Counted from the stretch's first letter, positions 10,405-20,084 are shown. The stretch is DNA of 64,000 bases from Minisyncoccia bacterium (GCA_049303835.1 JBAQNN010000002.1:94492-158491); one strand, 5' to 3'. Numbers and translations: made by a program. Notes: generated by a model from the letters alone, not told the origin.

Positions 10405-11052
10405 CTAGAAAGCTTCAAGTAAAAATTGCTCAAAGGCGGATTCGGCGTCCAGACCTTTTTTTCGGGCCTCGGGCAAAAGGTAGGAAATTTTAGATACATA
10501 ATTTTTCAATTGTTCTTCGGAAAATTTACTAAAATTCTTTTTCAAAAGCATATCTTTAATTTTCCAAAAAAGCACACCGATTAACTCTTCCATTACAACT
10601 CCTTTGTCTACAGCCTGACGAAAATAAATCCAGGTGTTCAACTTGTCTTTGTTGGCAAACGCGTTTGCCAACAAAAAATTATCAAATTTTTCCTTTTTTT
10701 CTTTCGGTAATTCAAAAATATTCAGCTCTGCCCTCGCTTTTTTGAAAGCATCCAGAATCGGTTTGTTCAGTTTACTTTCCAAAAAAACAAAAATATTACC
10801 AGAACTACTCATCAGATCTAATTTTTCTAACACAAAATCACGCGTCTCTTCATGTTCAAATACGCCCAGAAAAATTACCGCCAATTTCGCAGAAAATAGA
10901 CTGGAGCCAGAATACAAACTCTCAACCTGGGCCCGGCTAAAATCATTCCTGTTCACAGAAAAAACTTCTGTACCTTCAGGTATAGATTTTATAAATTTTT
11001 CATAATTTAATATTTTATTTTGTGCATCATCACCCGAAAAGAGGTAAAGCAT
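10405..11052 (-). CDS. holA: DNA polymerase III delta subunit (HolA), short form
   Basis: N-terminal LYLFSGDD... and overall pattern of the delta clamp-loader subunit. 215 aa is shorter than typical, so moderate confidence. Confidence 0.5.
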   Translation of the reverse strand: MLYLFSGDDAQNKILNYEKFIKSIPEGTEVFSVNRNDFSRAQVESLYSGSSLFSAKLAVIFLGVFEHEETRDFVLEKLDLMSSSGNIFVFLESKLNKPILDAFKKARAELNIFELPKEKKEKFDNFLLANAFANKDKLNTWIYFRQAVDKGVVMEELIGVLFWKIKDMLLKKNFSKFSEEQLKNYVSKISYLLPEARKKGLDAESAFEQFLLEAF

Positions 11053-11060
11053 AAAATTAA

Positions 11061-11555
11061 CTATAACTTAACAGATTTTTTATATTCTATATAAGGAGCC
11101 CCATATTTTATAGTCAAAATATCCTCCTCTTTTTTTAAAAAGAAAAATTTGGCTATAAAAAAATTAACAAAAGCAAAAACAACAATAAAAATTGCATTGC
11201 TTACCAAACCGAGCCCTAATGTTAGGAAAAATAATCCTAGGTGGGTAGGAGCGCGAGTAAAACGATATGGCCCATGAGTAAAGGTTTCTTTGTTGATATT
11301 TTCTTTGTTTAGCTTACGAGATGTTTTCTGTGCCCAAACAATCAAAAAAGTGGCAAAAATCAAAAACAAAAAACCTAGTAACACAACACTGTAACTATCA
11401 AAAACCCCTAGGCTGGAATTAAAAAACAAATCCAAGCAAATACTAATTAATAAAAGAAAAAAGAAAAAGAAATACGAGTGTGCTAAAACTTTATGTACAC
11501 TTTGTTTTGGAGGGCTAGTTTTATTGAAATCTTCCATACCCTTATCATACCACAA
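11061..11555 (-). CDS. isoprenylcysteine carboxyl methyltransferase (ICMT/PEMT) family membrane protein
   Basis: Polytopic; motif HGPYRFTRAPTHLG resembles ICMT GPYR.VRHPMYLG with His-to-Ala change. Confidence 0.5.
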   Translation of the reverse strand: MWYDKGMEDFNKTSPPKQSVHKVLAHSYFFFFFLLLISICLDLFFNSSLGVFDSYSVVLLGFLFLIFATFLIVWAQKTSRKLNKENINKETFTHGPYRFTRAPTHLGLFFLTLGLGLVSNAIFIVVFAFVNFFIAKFFFLKKEEDILTIKYGAPYIEYKKSVKL

Positions 11556-11559
11556 AATG

Positions 11560-14016
11560 CTACTTTACTTCTCCCAAATTTTTCCCTGAACCAGAGTGCA
11601 CCAGAAGAGGGACATCTGTTTTAAAATGAAGATATGACCGCAAGAGTACCCCCTCCATGGCTTCTTTGATTATTTTATCGGCTGTATCCAATACACCGTC
11701 TTCGGTCTCATATACTAATTCGTCGTGAATTTGTAAAATCAAATGAACCTTATCCAACATACCGGCGTTTTTTAGATCCTCTTCCGCATACCTTATGGCT
11801 AATTTAATAATATCAGCTGCTGTACCCTGTATCGGTGCGTTTGTGGCCGTTCGCTCAGCCATATTTTTTAAAAAAGGAATTCTGGAGTTAATGTTTGGGA
11901 AATAACGCCTACGACCAAATAGAGTTTCCGTATAAGAATGTTTTTCGGCAAAAACTTTTACTCCATTTAAATAGTCCCTCACTCCCCTAAACTGATGAAA
12001 ATAATTATCGTAAAATTTTTGAGCTTCTTCGCGAGTACCTCCCAGATTTTTACGCAAGGCCGAAACCCCCATGCCATAAATAATACCGAAGTTTATAACT
12101 TTTGCCTTCCGACGCATCTCGCTGTCCACTTTCTCTATCGGAACTCCGAAAACAAATGAAGCGACCCCGGCATGAATATCTTTTTTTTCTTTAAAAACTT
12201 GGGTCATCTTTTCGTCCAAAGAAAGCATCGCTGCGACCCGCAATTCAATCTGGCTATAATCAAAAGCAATAAGTTTGTGCCCTTTTTCTGCGATAAAACC
12301 ATCCCTGATTTTTTTCCCCAATTCTGTTTTTATTGGTAAATTTTGTAGATTTGGATCCTGAGATGAAAATCTGCCGGTGGTAGAGCCATTTTGAATAAAC
12401 TTAGCGTGTAGGCGACCATCATCACCCGCCATTTTAGGGATAACATCAATATAAGTGGAAAGTAATTTCTGTAATTCCCGGTAAGCCATTATTTCTTTTA
12501 TTATTTCATTCTCTTCTTCCAATTCTTCCAATACCGAAATCTTGGTAGAAAAACCTCCACTGGCATTTTTCTTTGCCTTGTTTTTACCTGGAGATTTTAT
12601 TCCTAATTTATTAAAAAGTATTTCTCCCAGTTGTTTGGGAGAATTGATATTGAATTCTGTTCCGGCCTGCTGGTATATTTTTTTTGTTAAAATATCCAAT
12701 TCTCTGTGATATTCTTCTGATAACTTTTCAAAATATTTTTTATCTATCAAGACCCCATGGTCCTCCATTTTTTTTACGATGGGTATAATCGGTTTTTCTA
12801 TTTCTTCATAAACTTTTTCAAGATTTTGTTCTTTTAATTTTTTGAAAATATGCTCATAGGCTGTTTCAAAAGATTCGGTATGCGCATAAAGTAAAATATC
12901 TTCCAGATTTGGATTAGAAATATCAGAATTGATAATCCATAAAGCAATACTAGCTTCTTGTAGTTTTTTTGAGTCCACAGAATCCTGGCGAGAGTGCTCG
13001 GAGGAATCTTCGCTACTGGCAGAAAAACCTTGCTCCTCCAGGACAGATTGCGAATGACGGAGAGCATCTTCGCCAGGATTCTGACTTTCAAAAAAGTTTC
13101 TTAAACGTCCAAGCAAACTTCTGAATTCAAATTGGGCGAAAACTTCTTCAATTTTTTTGAAATCAGCATTTTCCCAAAAAGTCTTCTCTGGCAAAGAGAA
13201 ATTTATTGGCGCATCTGTACGGATGGTCGCCAGTGTTTTTGAAAATAAAGCTTCTTCTTCGTTATTTTTTAATAGCTCAATCATCCTAGGACTAATGCCC
13301 ACTTTTTTAAATTGTAATTCGTAATTTGTACTTCGTAATTGCTTATAAATTTCTTCTATGGTGCCAAAATTTACAATCAAGTTTTCAGCCGTCTTTTCAC
13401 CTATACCTTTGATACCAATAATATTGTCAGATGGATCTCCTCGTAATCCCTTGTAGTCTGGTAAAAGCTTTGGTTTAAAACCAAAACGTTTCACTACCGC
13501 ATCCTCATCATATAAAATAGTATCGTTGATTCCCTTCTTTAGGGTATATATTTGAACTTTCTTATCATCCACCAACTGCATGGTGTCCATATCTCCGGAA
13601 GCAATAACAATATTCAGACTTCTGTCTTTTTTGTATTTCTCAACGATAGTTCCCAACACATCATCCGCCTCAAACCCGGGAGCATCGTAAATAGGAATAC
13701 TGAAAGCCTCAAAAATCTTCCGAGAGTTTTGTAATTGCACAATGAGTGCTTCGTCGGCTTTTACCCGACCGGCCTTATACGCATCATAAGCTTCGTGTCT
13801 AAAGGTCTTTTGTGGCAAATCATAGCAAGCGACGATATAGTCTGGCTTTAGCTCGGTAATTATTTTCATCAACATGCTGGAAAGTCCGTATAGTGCCCCG
13901 GTAGGTTCACCTTTTCCAGACAAAAATTCCGGCAAGGCGTGGTAAGCACGATGAATGATGGCATGAGCATCCAACAGGACCAATTTTTTATTTTTCTGTT
14001 CTTCTGTTTTAGGCAT
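11560..14016 (-). CDS. polA: DNA polymerase I
   Basis: 818 aa; N-terminal 5'-3' exonuclease (LVLLDAHAIIHRAYHA), polymerase motifs A/B/C (DYSQIELR, KAKVINFGIIYGM, QIHDEL). Confidence 0.9.
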   Translation of the reverse strand: MPKTEEQKNKKLVLLDAHAIIHRAYHALPEFLSGKGEPTGALYGLSSMLMKIITELKPDYIVACYDLPQKTFRHEAYDAYKAGRVKADEALIVQLQNSRKIFEAFSIPIYDAPGFEADDVLGTIVEKYKKDRSLNIVIASGDMDTMQLVDDKKVQIYTLKKGINDTILYDEDAVVKRFGFKPKLLPDYKGLRGDPSDNIIGIKGIGEKTAENLIVNFGTIEEIYKQLRSTNYELQFKKVGISPRMIELLKNNEEEALFSKTLATIRTDAPINFSLPEKTFWENADFKKIEEVFAQFEFRSLLGRLRNFFESQNPGEDALRHSQSVLEEQGFSASSEDSSEHSRQDSVDSKKLQEASIALWIINSDISNPNLEDILLYAHTESFETAYEHIFKKLKEQNLEKVYEEIEKPIIPIVKKMEDHGVLIDKKYFEKLSEEYHRELDILTKKIYQQAGTEFNINSPKQLGEILFNKLGIKSPGKNKAKKNASGGFSTKISVLEELEEENEIIKEIMAYRELQKLLSTYIDVIPKMAGDDGRLHAKFIQNGSTTGRFSSQDPNLQNLPIKTELGKKIRDGFIAEKGHKLIAFDYSQIELRVAAMLSLDEKMTQVFKEKKDIHAGVASFVFGVPIEKVDSEMRRKAKVINFGIIYGMGVSALRKNLGGTREEAQKFYDNYFHQFRGVRDYLNGVKVFAEKHSYTETLFGRRRYFPNINSRIPFLKNMAERTATNAPIQGTAADIIKLAIRYAEEDLKNAGMLDKVHLILQIHDELVYETEDGVLDTADKIIKEAMEGVLLRSYLHFKTDVPLLVHSGSGKNLGEVK

Positions 14017-14023
14017 TATCTTA

Positions 14024-14032
14024 ATTATACCA
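14024..14032 (-). promoter_or_regulatory. extended -10 (TGgTATAAT) 7 nt upstream of polA ATG; leaderless
   Basis: Reverse complement of attatacca. Confidence 0.4.
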
Positions 14033-14060
14033 TTTAGAACGAAACCAATCTTTGAGTTAT

Positions 14061-14516
14061 TTATCTGAGTTTAAAATGCTTGTGTTCATTTTTATCCGTT
14101 AAAATATGGATTTTTTTGGCGTGTCCCGGTATTACCCCGGCTACATTTTCTGGCCATTCAATAAAAACCAAGTGCTCTTCGTTATTGATTATATCTTCCC
14201 ATCCCAGGTGTAATAATTCATTTTCATTTTTCAGACGATACGCATCCAGGTGAAACATAAATTTATGTTTTTTGTTTTTAAGAGAATATTTTTTTATTAT
14301 TACAAATGTCGGGCTGTTTACTTTATTTTTTACCCCGAGATGTCGGGCTATAGCCTGAACAAAAGTAGTCTTACCGGCACCCAAGTCCCCCGACAAACCG
14401 ACCACTAACGCTCCTTTTTTATTTCTTTTTTCTCCGAGTATTTTTTCAAGAAACATTTTCGCTATTTCCTTGGTTTCCCTGACGTTTTTTGAAATTTTTG
14501 TGGCATTTTTAGGCAT
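14061..14516 (-). CDS. tsaE: tRNA threonylcarbamoyladenosine biosynthesis protein TsaE
   Basis: 151 aa, P-loop LSGDLGAGKTTFVQAIARHLGV, conserved NSPTF and FHLDAYRL. Confidence 0.8.
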   Translation of the reverse strand: MPKNATKISKNVRETKEIAKMFLEKILGEKRNKKGALVVGLSGDLGAGKTTFVQAIARHLGVKNKVNSPTFVIIKKYSLKNKKHKFMFHLDAYRLKNENELLHLGWEDIINNEEHLVFIEWPENVAGVIPGHAKKIHILTDKNEHKHFKLR

Positions 14517-14537
14517 ATAGGTTATACTTTACCATAA

Positions 14538-16235
14538 ATGGCTTCATTTGATGAAGAAAAACAAAATAAGCAGCTGGCAGAGTTGCACAAACAGGAAGAA
14601 GAGCAGTTGGTGGCTACTTTAGCTGAATCAAAATATGGCATTCCTTATATAAATCTATACCGCCTCGGTGTAGACAACGAAGCTCTGCGAGCAATATCCG
14701 AGCAAGATTCCAGAGAGATGAAGGTGGCCCCTTTTAAACTTTTTGGAAAAAATATTTTTATAGCCGTGCGCGCCCCTTCGGATAATCTTTTTGCCAGACT
14801 AAAAGAAGATATGGAAAGAAAAGGTCTCGTCCCTGTTTTTTATATGGCCTCCCTGGCGAGTCTAAATAAGGTCTGGGATAGATATAAAGAAATTTCCATG
14901 GCTGAGAGTTCTAGAATCGGAGGGTTGGATATCTCCGGAGAAGTTTTAAGGGATACAGCCAAGCAAATTGAAAAAATTCAAGACATAGAAAAAATGGTGG
15001 CAGAATCTCTGGAGGGAAATAAAATACATAAAATTTCTCGTTTGCTTGAAATAATCTTAGCTGGGGCTATAGCCATTAAGGCTTCCGATATCCACATAGA
15101 ACCAGAAAAAGATAGGGGCAGATTGCGACTACGCTTGGACGGAGTGCTTCAAGATGTAAACTTTTTCGGAACGGATGTATATAAACTACTAAACTCTCGC
15201 ATCAAACTCTTGTCTGGGATGAAACTGACCTCCACTGTGGCACAAGATGGGCGTTTTAATATTATAGAGGGAGATGAAGAAATAAGTATTCGTTGTTCCC
15301 TAATTCCAGGCTCTTACGGTGAATCAATAGTGATGCGTATCTTGGATCCAAAATCACTGCAAGTAGAACTAGAAGAACTTGGTATTGAATCTCGTCTTTT
15401 TGGAATTATAAAAGAAGAAATCGTGAAACCAAACGGCTTGATTCTGGTCACAGGTCCTACCGGATCCGGAAAGACGACCACTCTTTATGCTTTTTTGCGA
15501 AGAATATATTCTCCAGATATAAAGATAATAACCATAGAAGATCCAGTAGAATATCATCTTACGGGGGTAACTCAGACCCAAGTAAACATGGAGAGGGGTT
15601 ATACTTTTCCGGAGGGATTACGCTCCACCTTGCGCCAAGACCCGGACGTGATCATGGTCGGAGAAATTCGCGACGGAGACACTGCCTCTATTGCCGTGCA
15701 GTCTGCCTTGACGGGACATATGGTCTTCTCTACTCTCCACACCAACAACGCAGCCGGAGTCATCCCCCGTTTAATTGACCTCGGAGTCAATCCAAAAATT
15801 CTGGTATCTGCTTTATCTATCTCCATAGCCCAACGCTTGGTACGCAAACTTTGTACTTTTTGTAAAAAAGAAAGAGAGCTTACTCCAGCAGAAATAAAAA
15901 CAATGAAAATAATTACCGACGGAATGACTGAAGAGAAAAAACAAATTTCAAATTACAATATAAACCCTGACGGACCTTTCAAAACTTTTGAGGCTGTCGG
16001 TTGCGATAAATGTAACAGTACCGGATTTAAAGGACGCATCGGAATTTTTGAAGCGATAAAAACAGACGAAGAGATAGAAAAAATAATCCCAGAAAATCCG
16101 AGTGAGCGTGAAATCAAAAAAGTAGCCAAGACCCAAGGGATACTCTCTATGAGACAAGATGGATTGATAAAAATATTAAATGGAGTTACTTCTTTCTCGG
16201 AAGTACAAAGCGTCGTGGATCTAAATGAAGAGTAA
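14538..16235 (+). CDS. pilB: type II/IV secretion / type IV pilus assembly ATPase (GspE/PilB family)
   Basis: 565 aa; Walker A VTGPTGSGKTTT, Asp box, His box, C-terminal tetracysteine (CTFC...CDKC). Confidence 0.85.
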   Translation: MASFDEEKQNKQLAELHKQEEEQLVATLAESKYGIPYINLYRLGVDNEALRAISEQDSREMKVAPFKLFGKNIFIAVRAPSDNLFARLKEDMERKGLVPVFYMASLASLNKVWDRYKEISMAESSRIGGLDISGEVLRDTAKQIEKIQDIEKMVAESLEGNKIHKISRLLEIILAGAIAIKASDIHIEPEKDRGRLRLRLDGVLQDVNFFGTDVYKLLNSRIKLLSGMKLTSTVAQDGRFNIIEGDEEISIRCSLIPGSYGESIVMRILDPKSLQVELEELGIESRLFGIIKEEIVKPNGLILVTGPTGSGKTTTLYAFLRRIYSPDIKIITIEDPVEYHLTGVTQTQVNMERGYTFPEGLRSTLRQDPDVIMVGEIRDGDTASIAVQSALTGHMVFSTLHTNNAAGVIPRLIDLGVNPKILVSALSISIAQRLVRKLCTFCKKERELTPAEIKTMKIITDGMTEEKKQISNYNINPDGPFKTFEAVGCDKCNSTGFKGRIGIFEAIKTDEEIEKIIPENPSEREIKKVAKTQGILSMRQDGLIKILNGVTSFSEVQSVVDLNEE

Positions 16236-16245
16236 AATAAAAAAA

Positions 16246-16386
16246 CATTAATCTCTAAACAATCCTTTCAGGGCTGAGCCCCAAAAGTAACAAAGTATTA
16301 TAGGATAGTACCAGCAAACTAATTAAAGCGCCAAAACGTCCTATGCAAATTCGTATAACCTGTGGCTGATTGCTTAGAGATTAATG
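16246..16386. repeat. 141-bp element bounded by 19-bp inverted repeats (cattaatctctaaacaatc / gattgcttagagattaatg); internal GGGCTGAGCCC hairpin
   Basis: 18/19 complementary terminal IRs between pilB stop and ruvB promoter. Confidence 0.5.
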
Positions 16387-16462
16387 TCTTCTTCTCTCAC
16401 CATGGTGGTGACTTCTCTCAAAAAACTCTGAGAGAATTATACTATATGTAAAAGTGCACAAG

Positions 16463-16471
16463 TGCTATAAT
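16463..16471 (+). promoter_or_regulatory. extended -10 TGCTATAAT upstream of ruvB
   Basis: Consensus extended -10. Confidence 0.4.
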
Positions 16472-16539
16472 GTCAATAAGTATGTGTATACCCTGTTGAT
16501 AAATGCACTATGGATACAGTATAGCATACTATAAATGTA

Positions 16540-17550
16540 ATGTCAAGTAAAAAAGGTGAAAAAATAGAAGAGTCTATCTTAGACCAGACCTTGCGTCCTG
16601 GTAGCTGGGAGGAGTATATAGGCCAAAAACACATAAAAGACAATGTTAAAATCCTACTACGGGCAGCCGAAGAACGTGGACACATACCCGAACACATCCT
16701 TTTTTACGGCCCCCCAGGTCTAGGTAAAACCACCCTGGCTCATTTGATTGCCAAAGAAACTGGCAGACAAATGAAAGTGACTTCCGGTCCAGCGATAGAG
16801 AAAGTAGGCGATTTAGCTTCTATCCTGACAAATTTGACTGCTGGCGACATTCTTTTTATAGATGAGATACACAGACTCAATAAAATGGTTGAGGAAATAC
16901 TTTACCCGGCGATGGAATCCGGGGTCCTAGATATCATCATCGGCAAAGGACCTTCGGCGCGGACAATTCAGCTTGATTTACCACCATTTACTTTGATTGC
17001 AGCGACCACTCGCGTGGCCCTCGTTTCCTCCCCTCTTCGTTCTCGTTTCTCAGGTGGAGTCTTTCGTTTGGAATTTTACTCTAACGAAGAAATTGCAAAA
17101 ATTATTGAACGCTCAAGCAAACTTTTAAAAACAAAACTGGAGGTTGAAGCTTTAAAAGAAATTGCCAAGAGAAGCAGATTTACTCCGCGCACTGCCAATT
17201 ACTTTTTGAAACGTTGCCGAGATTTTGCCCAAGTACACAAGAAAGACTTAGATCAAAAGACAGTCCGGGAAGCACTCAACATGCTCGCCATAGATGACAT
17301 TGGACTAAATTCATCCGATAGAAAATTCTTGGAAATATTGATAGAAAAATTCAATGGTGGGCCAGTGGGATTAAAAACAATAGCAGCAGCAATGTCCGAA
17401 GAAGAAGCCACAGTAGAAGAAGTAATAGAGCCATATTTAATACAGCTCGGACTACTTGAACGTTCCCCTCGCGGACGCATCGCCACCCCTAAAGCATACG
17501 AACATTTAGGATTTGATATACCAGAAAATTTACAAAAAAAATTACTTTAA
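16540..17550 (+). CDS. ruvB: Holliday junction DNA helicase RuvB
   Basis: 336 aa; AAA+ Walker A GPPGLGKTTLA, Walker B FIDEIHRL, sensor and winged-helix C-domain. Confidence 0.9.
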   Translation: MSSKKGEKIEESILDQTLRPGSWEEYIGQKHIKDNVKILLRAAEERGHIPEHILFYGPPGLGKTTLAHLIAKETGRQMKVTSGPAIEKVGDLASILTNLTAGDILFIDEIHRLNKMVEEILYPAMESGVLDIIIGKGPSARTIQLDLPPFTLIAATTRVALVSSPLRSRFSGGVFRLEFYSNEEIAKIIERSSKLLKTKLEVEALKEIAKRSRFTPRTANYFLKRCRDFAQVHKKDLDQKTVREALNMLAIDDIGLNSSDRKFLEILIEKFNGGPVGLKTIAAAMSEEEATVEEVIEPYLIQLGLLERSPRGRIATPKAYEHLGFDIPENLQKKLL

Positions 17551-17553
17551 ATT

Positions 17554-18090
17554 ATGTCAGGCCATAACAAATGGGCGCAGATAAAACACAAGAAAGCCAT
17601 CACCGACGCAAAAAAGAGTAAGATCTTCTCCAAGCTTGTGCGTTTCATTTCTGTAGAAGCAAAACTTTCTGGTGGAAAAGAGTCACCCGGGCTTCGCGCG
17701 GCCATTGAAAAGGCCAAGAAAGTGAATATGCCGGCGGACAATATTGAAAGAGCTATTAAGAAAGCGAGTGAGCCTGGGGCACATATGGACGCCATCACTT
17801 ATGAAGCTTATGGCCCGGGTGGAGCAGGAATAATTATTGAAACGTTGACTGATAGTAAAAACAGAACGGCACAAGATATAAAACACATTCTTACAAAAAA
17901 CGGTTTTTCCTTGGGAGGTATCGGCTCTGTCACTTGGGCGTTTAAAAAAGAAAAAAGCCCCGAGGGGCTCATCTGGACACCGACTAGCACTACTTCTCTT
18001 TCAGATACAGACTTGGAACTTTTAGATAAACTCGTGGAGGACTTGGAAGAAAATGATGATGTGCAGGATGTGTACACGAATGCCGAATAG
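17554..18090 (+). CDS. YebC/PmpR-family probable transcriptional regulator (short form)
   Basis: MSGHNKWAQIKHKKA... N-terminus diagnostic of YebC; sits between ruvB and ruvC as in many genomes. Confidence 0.8.
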   Translation: MSGHNKWAQIKHKKAITDAKKSKIFSKLVRFISVEAKLSGGKESPGLRAAIEKAKKVNMPADNIERAIKKASEPGAHMDAITYEAYGPGGAGIIIETLTDSKNRTAQDIKHILTKNGFSLGGIGSVTWAFKKEKSPEGLIWTPTSTTSLSDTDLELLDKLVEDLEENDDVQDVYTNAE

Positions 18091-18108
18091 AAGTGTTAAA
18101 ATAACATT

Positions 18109-18588
18109 ATGCGAATTTTAGGAATAGATCCGGGATATGAAAGACTTGGGGTCGCTATATTAGAAAAAAATAAAAACGGTGATAAGGAAAAAGTACTTTT
18201 TTCCGAATGTTTTAAAACTTCTGTTAAATTAGAATTTGCGGAACGATTAAATTTAATTGGCGAAGAAGTCAGAATGATTATAAAAAAATTCAAGCCGGAA
18301 GTTCTTTCCGTAGAAACTTTATTTCTAAATACCAATCATAAAACAGTCATGCGGGTGGCCGAAGCCCGCGGAGTAATAATTTATGAAGCTTCTCGTGCTC
18401 ATCTTAAAATATTTGAAGCCTCTCCCCCGCAAATAAAAATAGCGACTACCGGTTATGGTAAATCAGACAAGGCACAAATAATTAAAATGGTAAAAATGCT
18501 CGTAAAAATGGACAATTCTAAAACCTCAGATGATGAGTTGGATGCTATTGCTATAGCCATCACCGCTTTCGCACATACAAAAATTTAG
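18109..18588 (+). CDS. ruvC: crossover junction endodeoxyribonuclease RuvC
   Basis: MRILGIDPGYERLGVAIL (catalytic Asp), RNaseH-like fold length 159 aa. Confidence 0.85.
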   Translation: MRILGIDPGYERLGVAILEKNKNGDKEKVLFSECFKTSVKLEFAERLNLIGEEVRMIIKKFKPEVLSVETLFLNTNHKTVMRVAEARGVIIYEASRAHLKIFEASPPQIKIATTGYGKSDKAQIIKMVKMLVKMDNSKTSDDELDAIAIAITAFAHTKI

Positions 18589-18597
18589 TTATCCACA
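18586..18597 (+). promoter_or_regulatory. DnaA-box-like 12-mer TAGTTATCCACA (overlaps ruvC stop codon)
   Basis: Exact TTATCCACA consensus; one of four near-identical 12-mers in the window. Confidence 0.4.
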
Positions 18598-18711
18598 CGA
18601 TATATCTATTTGCTATTGCCAAGCGTTTTTTATTTTGTTACAAAGTAGGAAATTATTAGTAGGTCGCTTTCCCGCGAGAGCGGGGTAAAAATAAAATATT
18701 AAATTTTATAT

Positions 18712-18840
18712 ATGCACGACGAGGACGAAGAAATAGAAGAAGGAGGGTTTAAGGTGGGTGATGACGAAGAACTTGATTTACCTCCAGAAGGGTTAGACGA
18801 CTTTGGGTTGGATGAAGAAGACCCTGATAAAGACAGATAA
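18712..18840 (+). CDS. small highly acidic ORF (43 aa, Asp/Glu-rich), hypothetical
   Basis: MHDEDEEIEEGGFKVGDDEELDLPPEGLDDFGLDEEDPDKDR, immediately followed by a strong terminator. No homology claim. Confidence 0.25.
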   Translation: MHDEDEEIEEGGFKVGDDEELDLPPEGLDDFGLDEEDPDKDR

Positions 18841-18842
18841 AA

Positions 18843-18878
18843 ACTAAAAAACGCCCACTCGGGCGTTTTTTAGTTTTG
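18843..18878. terminator. bidirectional rho-independent terminator (AAAAAACGCCC-actc-GGGCGTTTTTT)
   Basis: Perfect GC stem flanked by A- and T-tracts; serves the + small ORF and the convergent tyrS. Confidence 0.8.
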
Positions 18879-20045
18879 TGTAACTTTCACGAATCTTTTT
18901 TTGCCGATTTTAAGCGTTAAGTTTTCTGAAACTTTTAAATTTACATCTGTAATATTAGTATTATTGCCTAAATCATGGATGGCGTTTTCTAAAACAAGTC
19001 TGCGCCATTCCCCTTTTGAAGACAACACTTTGCTCTTTACTAAAACTTCACTCAACAATTCTCCCGCGCCGGCTTTTATCTCTTCCATTTCATCCGGAAT
19101 TTCTTTTTTCTGAAAAGTTTTTACAAAGTTTTCCTCGGCCTCTTTCGCTTTTTTCTCCCCATGATAGATTTTCACAATTTCAAAAGCCAGACGCATTTTT
19201 GCATCCCGTGGGTTTTCATTTTGAGGGATTTCTAAATCAGAAATATTTGTGCAAAGTTTAAAGTATTTAGGAATAAGCTCATCACGCAAAGCCATAATCT
19301 TACCAAACATATCATTTGGTTCATCGGTTATGTTTACGACATTTCCCCAAGAAGTGGACATTTTTCTTCCGTCCGTTCCCTCCAGCATTGAAACCGTCAA
19401 AATATCCTGTTCCGGCATCCCATAGTGTTTTTGAACTGTTCTACCGGCTTTCAAATTAAACAATTGATCAAAACCCCCTATTTCCACATCTGCTTTTACA
19501 ACAACACTATCATATCCTTGCATTAGCGGATACAAAAACTCACGCAGAGATATTTCTTCTTCTTTGTCAATTCTATCTTTGAAATTACGCCTATTGGACA
19601 TTTGTTGAACAGAAAAACTCTCAGCTAGTTCTGAGATTTCTTTAAATCCTAGTTTTCCCAACCATTTACTATTGTATTTAAATTCCGTTTTCTTTAAGTC
19701 TATAATCATGCCTAGTTGTTTGGCATAATTTTTCATATTTATTTTTATTTGTTTAGCTGTGAGCATCGGACGTTTTTCCAATTTATCTGATGGGTCTCCT
19801 ATCGTGGCCGTAAAATCTCCAACTATTAAAACGACCTTATGCCCCAGGTCTTGAAATTGTTTTAGTTTTTGCAATGGCACCGCTCTTCCTAGGTGAATTT
19901 TGGGTCCGGTTGGGTCAATACCTAGTTTTACCCGAAGAACTTTTCCTGAAAGAAGCTGTTTTTTGAGGTGTTCTTTTACAAAGACATCTTCCACTCCTCG
20001 GTTTAAAATTTCATCTATTTTTTTCTCATCCGTTATCACTTTCAT
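18870..20045 (-). CDS. tyrS: tyrosine--tRNA ligase, archaeal/eukaryotic-type class I core
   Basis: GIDPTGPKIHLG (HIGH region) and KMSTS (KMSKS variant resembling archaeal KMSSS). Block pattern MQGYD...GGFDQ as in archaeal TyrRS. TrpRS cannot be fully excluded. Confidence 0.65.
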   Translation of the reverse strand: MKVITDEKKIDEILNRGVEDVFVKEHLKKQLLSGKVLRVKLGIDPTGPKIHLGRAVPLQKLKQFQDLGHKVVLIVGDFTATIGDPSDKLEKRPMLTAKQIKINMKNYAKQLGMIIDLKKTEFKYNSKWLGKLGFKEISELAESFSVQQMSNRRNFKDRIDKEEEISLREFLYPLMQGYDSVVVKADVEIGGFDQLFNLKAGRTVQKHYGMPEQDILTVSMLEGTDGRKMSTSWGNVVNITDEPNDMFGKIMALRDELIPKYFKLCTNISDLEIPQNENPRDAKMRLAFEIVKIYHGEKKAKEAEENFVKTFQKKEIPDEMEEIKAGAGELLSEVLVKSKVLSSKGEWRRLVLENAIHDLGNNTNITDVNLKVSENLTLKIGKKRFVKVTQN

Positions 20046-20063
20046 AACTCGAATAATACCACA

Positions 20064-20077
20064 TTTTCTGCTATAAT
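20064..20077 (+). promoter_or_regulatory. TTTTCTGCTATAAT extended -10 promoter, 7 nt upstream of PBP1A ATG (leaderless)
   Basis: Identical 14-mer to 9732-9745. Confidence 0.45.
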
Positions 20078-20084
20078 TCTATTA

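Noticed and set aside
16246-16386. SRP RNA / RNase P RNA / tmRNA in the pilB-ruvB spacer
   Set aside because: None of the universally conserved motifs (4.5S domain IV AGGUCCGGAAGGAAGCAGC, RNase P GNAAnAGUCCGGGCUCC) are present.
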